From positions 205,643 to 269,642 of the forward strand of contig CT868318.1 in the NCBI GenBank assembly GCA_000165425.1: a DNA stretch of 64,000 nt, written 5' to 3'. Positions 13,347-24,477 of the stretch are shown in pieces. The notes under the pieces were generated by a model, which was given only the letters and a program-made list of their open reading frames with translations, ran no database searches and had not been told where the DNA came from. The position numbers and the translations under genes are program-made. Numbering within the stretch: the stretch's first letter is position 1; each line of letters opens with the position of its first letter. This stretch comes from Paramecium tetraurelia (Eukaryota).

Positions 13347-15252
13347 ATGTCCCAGCAAACCGTTTTCAAGACTCAAGGTCATAGACAAGCAGTTTCAACT
13401 CCAAGCAGCAATACATATTTTCTTAATTCGTAAAGAAAATTAAAGTAGGCTCTAAATGTATTTTAAGCTTCTTTACAACAAGCACTCTTTAATCTATATC
13501 ATATGTTCACACGAGTTAAGTATTAAATTAAACTCCAACTCAATATGAGATCAGACAAGTTAAAAAGGAATAGAATCAGATCTAAGCCATACCAGCTTCT
13601 TTCATGGAACTTTATGATGAATTTGAGAATAATTACAAAATTGTTTAGAAGATTAAAACTGATCTCAATATCTCAATTGATATGAAGTCAGACGATTAAG
13701 TTCAATAGCCTCAAGTCATATCCTAAAATTCAATTAGGAATCCCTCTTAGGCTGAAACAAAAATCGCAAATTTGTAGTTCTGTGATATTGATTAAGAGTT
13801 GAATCAGAGACTGCATATAAATCGCTTTAAATTTTATTACTTCCGAGCTTCAATCTCGAAATAATAATCTCCTTTATTACTTACAATTTAATTTGAAAAT
13901 CAAATAAATTCTGCATAATACAAATTATATCTTTCTACTTAGCATGAATTTCCGACTAAATTTAATGCAGAACACAATCTCACTTCAAATTTTTGTAAGA
14001 TCTATACTAGTGGGCATGAGAGTACATTTTAAGAAAATTATCTATACATAACCTTTTATACCGAAATTGATGTAGTTGTAAAAATAAAGATAACATTTGG
14101 TCGAGTCTAGCAAAGCAAATCACCCTAAAAGTAGATAATAAAAAAAGAATATCCTAAATTTCCTGGTTTAATAACAAACATAAAAATTGATTTAATCAAA
14201 AGGAATCTTGATACAAGCTCATTTTAATTGACTCGGAGAACAGATCTCTTGGCTGGATTACTTGTAAACAATTAATTATTTATATTAAATAGACTGAAAG
14301 AGAATAGAAAAGAAAGTAGGTTCTGTTAAAAAAGTAGGAGATCGTATGCGAATAAAAGATAAAGTTGAAAACATAATATAGTGCATAGATGTTAAGAAAC
14401 GATTATAGATTTTTTGAAAAGATTTATAAATTAAAACTAAATAAAAAGATCTAGGGAGAGTTGTTTTGGGCTCAACTTGTAAATTTAATTAACTTTTGTG
14501 CTTAGCTTAAAACCAAATTAATAGTAAGATAGTTTTCAATATGATTAGTAATTTAAAGCTCAGATGAGTGTTAAGGCGAATGGAAGAATTAAGGCTTTAA
14601 AATGTGGATTAAATTTATTGATTTACATTAGAAAGTTTGGACCTACTCCTGAGAGAAGATCTTTTTGTAAAAGTCTGTTAGCAGTTCAAATGTTTACTGC
14701 TTAAATTAGATTCACAAGAAAAAGGAAGGCTGAAGCAATTGCTACTTCTTTTATAAGGGAATGTATTTCCATTATACATTTAGGACATAGACTACTCAAG
14801 ACCAGACATTATGGTATTAATTCATTAATTTTCATCTAGTAATCATTTTGTAGAACAAGTTCAGATTTTTCTAAAGATAGAAAAAAAAATATTATGAGGA
14901 TTTCTGGCAATTAGTGATGCTCAACTACAAAGAAATCATTAGGAGTTTAAATCAAAGTAATCAAAGATCTAGGAGTAGGAGTTAAAAATAAATTTATGCT
15001 AATCAAATAGATAATCAAATGATGCAGTTCCAGATTGATAATTATTATTAAAGACAAAAGTTGATATGGCTGGGGTTTATAAGGCAAAAGATCCATGACA
15101 AACAACTGGATCTTTATTTAAATGATAGGAAAAGCGATGAGATTAGGAAAGCCTTGATTAAGTTTTAAGAACCTAAACTGTTCCAACTGCCGCAAATTAA
15201 TGAAGTAGCTGAGATAATTGAGCTTTATGCAAAAAATAAAAAAATGATTTGA
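13347..15252 (+). CDS. Uncharacterised 'EFPTKFN'-domain protein, tandem paralogue A
   Basis: Four tiny introns restore the frame; FKFYYFR...YKLYLSTQHEFPTKFNA...YLYITFY...ITFG; C-terminus EPKLFQLPQINEVAEIIELYAKNKKMI. Confidence 0.8.
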
Positions 15253-15273
15253 GAATATGATGATATATTAAAT

Positions 15274-17415
15274 ATGATAAACTCAGATTAAATGAGAAAG
15301 TCAAGTTCCCAAAGTGCTGTTTTAAGCACTATGTAGAATCAAAGATTTTACTGCGGGTAAAAATTAAAGAGCCCCAATAAGGAATTCCTAAAAAGCAATC
15401 GAAGTGAAGTTTCAGTCTCAGAATAGTAAGACAGTAAGTCCAGAGCGAATACATTATTTGAAAAAATTAAAGCTTAAAATGCGAATATTCACAGATCAGA
15501 GAACAACCTTTTTTTAAAAGTGGAAGGTGCAATCTTAGAATTGTATAATTAATATGAGCAAAATTATTAAGGACTTGGTTCACTTGGCAGAATTAAAACT
15601 GTTTAAGAAAATTTATCAGTGGAATTCAAAAAATAAAATGATTAACTAATAAAGACATTTGATGGTTTAAAGTTATCAGACTTAGATCAAAATGGAGTTA
15701 ATCAAATTTAAATTGATAGATACTAATTTTATTATTTCAGGTTAAGAATTTTAGAAAAGCCTACACCAATTCACATTCACTTACAACTACCAGAATCATT
15801 ATCATTTTTATTATTTAAATTGATGCTGTCTGTTAAAATTGAATTCCCAACTAAATTCAATGCAGATTAAATAATCTAAAGTAATTATGCAAAAGTCTAT
15901 TCAAGTAATCCTCAAGCACATTATTTCAAAGAAGAATTCCTTTATCTAACCTTCTATTCTCATATTGATTTTATCTTAAAGATATCAGTGCATTTCGGAT
16001 AATTGAATACTGAAAAAACCCCCTCTCGTTAAAATAATTCAAGATCACCTCAATTTAAGATGGTCCTAAGCGAAAATGCAAAACTTATCTAGACTCCCGA
16101 TAGAAGAAGGGAGAAGAAGGGGTTCTCTCAAATCAGATCAAACATCTATTAATCTTCTATCGAAAAAGAAACAGAATGCAGTAGAGTTTAAACTGAAAAT
16201 TCAGATAAAAGAAAATTTATTAAAATACAACCAGTTTAATCTAAATTAAGCACTCTATTAACAATGATAGGCAAAGAATTTTAAGGTATGACAAAAGAGG
16301 AGAGATTAAAAAAGATTGAAGAACACTAAAACCAAAAAAGAAAAGAATTGCATTAAGATTACCTTAATAAACAAAAAACATTCTTGTAAGAATTAGAAAA
16401 AAGAAAACTACAAATAGAAAACCATTCCAAATTAAAAAGACAAAAAATTGAATTAGTATAGTAAAATAAAAAAAATTACTAGACTGAAAGATAATAATCT
16501 ATAAGAACTAGATTGCTCCTATAGGAGTAGATATCTTAATTTAGAGAGATAGAACGTTCTTTTAGTATTAGAAAAGCTTATGCATATAAGGTATCACTAA
16601 GTTGGGGTAGAATAATAAAGTATATCCTTTTTATTGATACACTGTATAATGTGATAAAAGTATTTGATTTATTTAAATATTTCAGGAGAGCAAAAGAAAA
16701 TCTTAAGTTTAAGCAAGAGGCAAATTATTGGTTTGGACCATTAAGACTAAAGCATTAATTTCAGCAAAGGAATATGGTTTTTCAACTAAGGAAAGAACAA
16801 TAACTAAGTCTTGTATTGCTTTGAAAATGATAGCCATCAATTTAAGAAAAAAGATTAAACAAAAATCACATTTAATTTTGACCAGATATCTACTTTAAAT
16901 GAGATTGGCAGTCACTATAGTTTCTTAACATGACAAGACTTTAAAAAAAAGTAAAAAGCAGATTATTATTTTTAGTAATTTAGATTCAAAGGAATTTTAG
17001 AAGCTTGAAACAAAAGAAATTGACTTTCAGAGATAAATTCATCAAACTAATAAAAGATAACATTAATTAAACTATTGATGAACTCTAAAGATAACAAGGG
17101 AAAAAAACCTTTTATGATATCAACGATAAACCTGTATAATAAATGGATATGTATAATAATATGATGTGATTATTTAAGTATCTGCATAAACTAGTTGATT
17201 GACGAATACTCAAAATAGAAAAAGTAGATATGGTATGAATATATTAATAACAAATTCTTTGAAAAGGATTTCCATAAGGTATCTATAAAAAAAATAATTA
17301 GAAAATGAAAGATTTTTCAATCAATTTGAAAGAACCGTAATTGTATGAACTTCCTAAAAGAAAGGAATTGATATAAATAATTGAGAAATACGGTAAGATT
17401 AAAAAATTACTCTGA
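15274..17415 (+). CDS. Uncharacterised 'EFPTKFN'-domain protein, tandem paralogue B
   Basis: YQFYYFR...FKLMLSVKIEFPTKFNA...FLYLTFY...VHFG; IQ-like IQRNFRSLKQK; C-terminus EPQLYELPKRKELIQIIEKYGKIKKLL. Confidence 0.8.
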
Positions 17416-17432
17416 TTATATATATATAATTA

Positions 17433-19245
17433 ATGATAAAAAATAGATTACTCCAAAGAAGTTCCTCTAAACTAACTCAATCTTAAACATCTTTAATGAA
17501 CTAATCGATAACTATGTAATCGATAATTCAATATTTTTAGAATTAACAGTATGAAAAGATAGTCATCCATTCTCTCATTGGATAAGCAGACTGAAGAGAA
17601 TGGCACAGCAAAACTAATGAAAAAGATTTCTTAGAAATAGACTCATGGAAGTATGGATGATATTTCAAGACTACTGCCTTTAAATGATAATCTAATAAAT
17701 GTTTATAATCATTTTGAAGATAACTTTAGAGTTGTTAGAGAATCAGAAAAATTCCATTGTGAAGCACCATCAACAGGTAAATATGAGAGTATTTAAATTA
17801 ATCCTTCTAATATCTTGAAAGTTGTTGATGGTTTACATTTATGCGATTTAAATCCTGAGAAGCTCAATCGAATATAGATTTGCAGATTTAGATTCTATTA
17901 TTTTAGAGCCAGATTGAAAAACAAATTAAACCCTTTGCAAATCTATTTTACATTCCCAGATAAAATAACAAATCATATTTACAAAGTGTTTTTATCAACA
18001 ACTGTTGAGTTTCCAACAAAATTTAATTGTGAGTAATCAACTTCAAGCAGATCAATTAAAGTGAAAACTAAATCAGGCACTAAATTTTTTACCGAGGATT
18101 TTATATATATGACATTATATTCTGAATCAGATTTTATTATTGGCATGCATTTAGTTTTTGGGGAATTCCATAATTCAATTTTGAGTGCAAAGTAATAAGA
18201 ACCCTCAAGATTCTACAAATTCTGGGATGAAGATAAAAAAAGTATGTCACCAAAGAAAGATAAAATCCTACAAAATTTAGATTAATCTCGATATAAAAGT
18301 ACTTAGAAACTCAAAGATTTTTTAAGGGGAGCAGGTATAAATAAAATAATATAAAATGTAGAGGTAAGTGCAAAAAAGATAATTACAGTGGTTCAAAGAG
18401 GAAAGTAGATTGAAAAAGATAGATAAGAAGAAAGAAGCATTAAAATGTTAGTAAAATCATAAATTCAAGAGTTTCGCAAAGTAGAAAAGAGTATTTTATA
18501 ACAAAAATTCGATAAATAACAATAATGTTAATCATGGCAATAAATGATTTAATTAATCACAATTTGTGGATAGATTTATAGTATTTTACATGTAATGATT
18601 CTAAATAATTTAGGAAAGGAAAAGAAGGCTAAGAATTTAAGCAAAAGCTAAGTTGATAGTGTTAAGATTGAAAGCTAAGTTATTCATTGAAGTCAAATAA
18701 TTTGGACAGAACCCATTTGACAGATGCAGTAATAAATCCTTGCTTTTATTAAAAACTATGAGTATCCATTTGTAAGAATAATCTAGAAAAAGAGCATAAA
18801 AAATAGCGACTAATTTCTTGAAAAAAACACTCATTTTTTAAACTGCATTGATTGCTCATCATAAGATGGTATCTAAAGGTATGATATGTATAATGTAGTA
18901 AGAATAATTGTTAAGGTTTTTAAAACTAAAAAGTTTTAGAAGCGTGCTTTTAAGGATAGATTTTGGAGATTGATTAAAACGTATTTTAATTAAAACAATG
19001 GATCATATCTCTTTGCTACCTCCTAAGTCAAAGTAATTCAAATCGATAAGCCACTCATGTCCAAAATAATCGAATAATATATTCATACTAGGAAATTATT
19101 ATGGTTGTAATAGTATCAATAGAATAAAAATGGGAATGAAAATGTAACTCCAGTTCCATAAGTAAGTATATATTAATTGCCAAATGATAAAGAGTTAAAA
19201 TAGATAATGAAGGAATATTATTACGTTTCGAAGAAAAGCAACTGA
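17433..19245 (+). CDS. Uncharacterised 'EFPTKFN'-domain protein, tandem paralogue C
   Basis: FRFYYFR...YKVFLSTTVEFPTKFNC...FIYMTLY...LVFG; C-terminus ILQLPNDKELKQIMKEYYYVSKKSN. Confidence 0.8.
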
Positions 19246-19377
19246 TGAAAGATTTATATATAGAGAATTTATTTATACTGAATTAAAATTAATGAATATA
19301 AATAAAATTCTAATTTTCTGAATTCCTAAAAAAACTACTATTTATTCAGAAATAAGAATCCTAAAAATATTAATATT

Positions 19378-20508
19378 ATGAATAACACATCTATTCTTTT
19401 CAAGTCTTTGAAAGTTGGAGAATTAAATCTTCCAAACAGGATCGTTATGGCTGCAATGACTAGAATGAGGTGTAATAATGACACTAAGGTTCCAAATGAC
19501 ATAGTGGCAGATTATTATTCATAAAGGGCTTCATCTGGGTTGATTTTAACTGAATGTACCTTAGTAAGTTAAAGATCTAATGCATTCCCAGGATGTGCTG
19601 GCATTATAAGTGAAGAATAAGTTGAAGGATGGAAAAAAGTTATAGATGCTGTACATAAGAAGAATGGAAGAATTGCTTTATAGATTTGGCATAGTGGAAG
19701 AGCCACTCATTCCAATTTATAGGGTGGTTAAATTCCATGGGCCCCATCTCCAATTGCTATAAATGGAGTAAATTACGCTGTCAAATAACCACATGAAGTA
19801 CCTCATGAGATGACAACAGAAGATATCAAATTAGTGATATAACAATTCAAAGAAGGTGCCTATAGAGCCAAAAAGGCTGGATTTGATGCAGTAGAGTTAC
19901 ATGGAGCAAATGGTTACTTAGTAGATTAGTTTTTAAGAAGTTATACAAATAGAAGAAACGACTAGTATGGTGGATCAGTGGAAAATAGATCTAGATTTTG
20001 TTTAGAAATTATTGATGAATTAGTTCAAGTTTTTGGTAAAGGAAGAGTAGGAATTAAAGTAAGTCCAGTTGGCAGATACAATGACATGTTTGATGAAGAT
20101 CCCGTTAAGCTTTATACTTATTTGTTCAAAGAATTAGATAAAAGATAAATTGCATTTATTGAAATCATGAATAGCAAAGATGAAGAGAACGCATATGGTT
20201 ATGGTCACCCAGCATCTGAAAAATAAGTGCCTAATCTATTACAATTATTGAGACCCTCTTTTAAGGGTGTTATTATTGGAAATGTAGGATTGACAGCCTA
20301 AACAGCAGCCTAAGGCATAGAACAAGGATTATTTGATGCAGCTAGCTTTGGTACTCTATACATCGGAAGTAATTTATTATTTTAATTATTAGATCCTGAT
20401 TTAGTTGAGAGATTCAAGGATAATTTGAAATTATCTGATTCTGATCCTAAGAAATATTTTGGTGGAAATCATGAAGGCTACTCTGATTACCCACCTTATT
20501 AAGGATGA
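19378..20508 (+). CDS. Old Yellow Enzyme family NADH:flavin oxidoreductase (alkene reductase)
   Basis: LPNRIVMAAMTRMR, YYSQRAS, QIWHSGRA, VELHGANGYLVDQF, RNDQYGGSVENRSRF, GYSDYP; one 24-nt intron. Confidence 0.95.
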
Positions 20509-20559
20509 GATTGAATAATCATTATTATATCGTAAATATCAAAAATATAAATAAGTTTT

Positions 20560-20932
20560 ATAACTCATCTATCTACTATTAATCAATATGAATGCTACAC
20601 AGTTTAAATTGTCAATATTCAATTCTATAAACATTTTTTATATTTCTAGTAAAATCCTACCAACAGTGCATGTTGCCCGTTCTCCTTTCTAATATCGAGA
20701 TCTTATTTCTCCGTCTCCGGTTACACAAAGATGAAAAACTTTTTTTGTGAAGTATCGAATTCAAATTTTCCTTCTTCATCGACAGCCTTTTGGTCTTTCA
20801 ATTATGGCATCTTTAAATGTCAGACTATTTTTGTTACTTTAATCGATCATTGGGATCAGCACTCACAGAAATACCAGATAAAGGGTTGTTTTTAAGTCTC
20901 CTAATTCTTTATTTAGTCTATTCTATGTATCA
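20560..20932 (-). pseudogene. Degenerate ubiquitin-conjugating enzyme (E2) remnant
   Basis: Fragments RLNKELGDL..NPLSGISVSADPND, AIIERPKG, EGKFEFD, KKVFHL.V..DGEI.LDI.KEN across shifting frames; no ATG; HP and catalytic Cys positions disrupted. Confidence 0.7.
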
Positions 20933-21460
20933 ATAAATAAAATAAATAATTATTTAAGTTATAATTAAAATATTGGCAGAAAATTATAATATTTATTTAA
21001 CATTAGTGTTATTTTTGATATAAAAGATATATGTATTTTAAATTATTTTGCTAAAAATTACATATCACATAAAAGAAATCCTATCATTATACAAAATTAA
21101 AAATCTTTTTGAAAATTATTGTATGTACAACTAAGTTGACACCTTTAATTGAAATAAAAATTTATTAGCAATTTTTGAGATATCAGGAAATTTGGATTAA
21201 AATTAAATGTTTAAATATTCCTTATATTGATGAGATAAACTAAAAAATGGACAAATATCATTGAAAATTATGGATATAATTTATTATTGAAGAATTTATT
21301 ATTGATATCATTATTCATTCCATAATTGAAATATTTATTAATTATCTATAAGTAGAATATATTTCTGAAGATATCAATAGAATTAATTATTTTTACCGAA
21401 ATTGTTGATATATTTTAAAACAGAATAAAATTCATAGTTTATAGGATACATTCTATTTGT

Positions 21461-22348
21461 TCATTTAGTCCATACCTTACTCTCTTTGCTTTTGTTTGAG
21501 ATACTCTATATGTAATGAACATCAGATTGCTTAAAATATTATTATTTTTATTTAATGATTAAAGTCTCTCCAAATTCATGGACTACTTTTTATATATATG
21601 TTTGATTCTTAAATTAGGTGCAGATGCTCAAATGAAGTTAATTTTTGCCTTGAATTCTAACTTTTTTTATAAAGGATAGCATGGTTTCTGTAGATTAAGC
21701 CACTTAAGGGCTCTGGAATGATATTTTTTAATTACACTAAGGCTTATCAGAATGTTTAAAATCTATGATTTTGTAATTAATCATCAGTTGATTCGTCTTG
21801 CTCCTATAGCTAGCAATTTTTTAAAACAGATAAAGCGTATCAAATGTGTATGCTGAGACATAAGGTTTAAAAGAAACAAGAATGGGATAGAATAATACTT
21901 CTGCTTAAGGAGAAACTTTTTCACTTGAACATCGAATCAATGAGGCCAAACAATATGTCAGCAATCGATCTGTCATTACTATGATGAAAAGATCATCCTT
22001 AAGGTCAATTGAGACAATTTTTTTGAATTTCTGCATTTCGATACTTTCCTTCATTTAGCTTTAAATTTCCAACAAGCCCTGGTCGATTGAATCTAAGTTT
22101 TCTTTGATTTCCCTACTGTCAGCAATATGAATTTCCAATTCACTAGTGAACTCGTTGATTCTTGCTATAATGAACTTTTTATGGTCTTCGTAATAGAGGA
22201 CAGTCTCAGAAAAATCGAAAATCTTAAGCCTTTAATTTTCTACCAGCATATAATTAGTGAAGAATTTAAATCTGACACATTTCGAGGAATCTGATTCATC
22301 AAAGGCTTTATAAATCTTGGCAGCAGAATCGACGATTTAAATTTTCAT
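21461..22348 (-). CDS. Hypothetical protein (295 aa)
   Basis: Intronless code-6 ORF from MKIQIVDSAAKIYKAFDE to TGA; no motif recognised. Confidence 0.6.
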
Positions 22349-22430
22349 TGATTTTAAAAAGAATAAAGTGAAATAAATATAAATGCGGTTATAAGTCTTA
22401 TCCAGAAATTCAAAGACGCAAAATGAATTA

Positions 22431-23883
22431 ATGATTAATTTAATATTTCTTTTCTCTTTAGTTAATACATAAGAATCTTCATTCTACAATTAAGAATAAG
22501 CAGGAGGCAAGAATCAAGGACTTCAATCCCCTTCAAATGTATTTTTATACGATGACGAGCAACTTCGATACTTTACGAGCATCACTTTGATATCTAGTTT
22601 CAATGGAGTGGAGAAAGATGGGAAATATAAAATTGCTCTTGATGTAGATTTGCCATTTATATTCATCACAGAATTGAACAATTCTCTGCATTTTACTAAG
22701 CTAATACCTACAGACGATTAAATTGAATTAATAATCTCATACATCAAACCCAAATTCAAAGAAATTGAGGATTGTTGGGGAAATATTTTCTATGTATTAA
22801 ATAGCAGTCTATGGATAAATGAAAATATAGGGTTGGATGTTTCCTTCTTTTACTACACTGGATATGGGGCAATTGATTTTAGACAGTCGACTATGTTGGA
22901 TGGTTATATCGGATTGGGGAAATACCCTTTAGTTGAGAAAGGCAACTTCAATTACATTATGAATCTAACTCATCAACATTTGATAAGCCATCCCTCTTAT
23001 TCATTGTATTTTGGCAATCAGGAAGGATTTATAGATTCTGTTATCACTTTGGGGAATTATTAAGAATCGTTTAAATAAAATGGAACAGAATTTCAATAGC
23101 TAAAAGCAATCCCTGGATGCAATCAAACATGGTGTTTTCGAGTAAATCAAATCTCACTTTATAAAAATGACACAATAATATACAGTTCAAGCAATCACAA
23201 GCCTTACACTTCATTTATTAGTTCAACTTTTGAGTTCATTTACATGCCTAGAGAAATAGCAGAGGCCATTAAATTTCACATTCAGAAGAATGATAACATA
23301 GACTGTGACTTCATTAATTATCCAATTCAAAATAGAAACAACACCATTCTCATCTGTTCTACGAAGTTATAAATATCTATACCCCAAAATTTCCCTGTAG
23401 TAGAGTTTGTGGTTTTATAACATTCTTAAAAGATCACTTTGACTTTCAATCCTCAGCAGTACATCTAAAAATGTCTTGATGATGTTGAGACGTACGAATT
23501 TAAATGTTTGACATACTTTGCCATATATGATAAAAAAATAGACTAATATAAACCCAACTTTGACATTGTTTTTGGATTGCCCTTCCTTAGAGTCTACTAT
23601 ACATATTATGATTTACAGAATTCAACTATATGTATAATTAAATATTTAATTAGTGTTTTCGCAGGCATATTAATTTGATGACATACCTTTAATTTCTAGA
23701 TTTTGGTATTATAGTTTTTTGGCTCTATTAATTTGTTGGGCACTAGTCATGATGAGTTGCGGAATCTTCTTCAAAGAACAGATGGATCAGATGATTGTCT
23801 TCGTCATCAACATCTTGAAATACATTCAAGGAGATCAGCAAGCAAGATAACAAGTATTGAGAAATTATTTAGGAGATGATTGA
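22431..23883 (+). CDS. Pepsin-family (A1) aspartic protease homologue, probably inactive, with signal peptide and C-terminal TM helix
   Basis: LDGYIGLG, PSYSLYFG, VITLGNY, IVFGLPFLRVYYTYYDLQN. The catalytic DTG/DSG positions read DVD and ISST. One 22-nt intron at 23632-23653. Confidence 0.8.
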
Positions 23884-23958
23884 AAACTAAATTCCGCTTA
23901 CGTCATGACTATATCATCAATTTTATATTAAATATTTACGTCACCACTAAATAATAAT

Positions 23959-24252
23959 ATGAATAAAATATTTATATCCCTCTTCTTAATACTCTCACTC
24001 TTTATTTCAACTTCATAATCATTGGAATTTCCTCCTAAGCGTGAAATTTAAGATCCCTTTACTCATGGCGCAATCTAATAAATTTTGAGAAAAGCCTTTG
24101 CAGACAATAATTGCCCCCCGGAACAATCAAAGACTTATTGCTCAGGTAGTTAGCCATGCTGCAAGGTTGGAAACAGATATGGATGTTGTCCTTACTCATT
24201 TGGTGTGTGTTGTGGAGATGGTACCTGTGTACCAAATGGGGGAAGATGTTGA
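23959..24252 (+). CDS. Secreted single-module granulin-like peptide (97 aa)
   Basis: Signal peptide MNKIFISLFLILSLFISTSQS, then CPPEQSKTYCSGSQPCCKVGNRYGCCPYSFGVCCGDGTCVPNGGRC-TGA. Confidence 0.85.
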
Positions 24253-24477
24253 AGAAGAAATAATCAGTTTTCCATTAATTTTGAATTAATTATCTGTATT
24301 TTAGTTAAAATCAATTATGAATATTTTGTTTTTCTAGCCTCTAATAATTATTGTTTTTTTAGATCGAAAATCTTAAACATCTAATAGAATTTGATTTCTA
24401 ATTCACTTTTAAGTTTATGGGCTCTCCTGAACTAACTAGATATTTATGTATATACAATTTTATATAAAAAAATTTAA

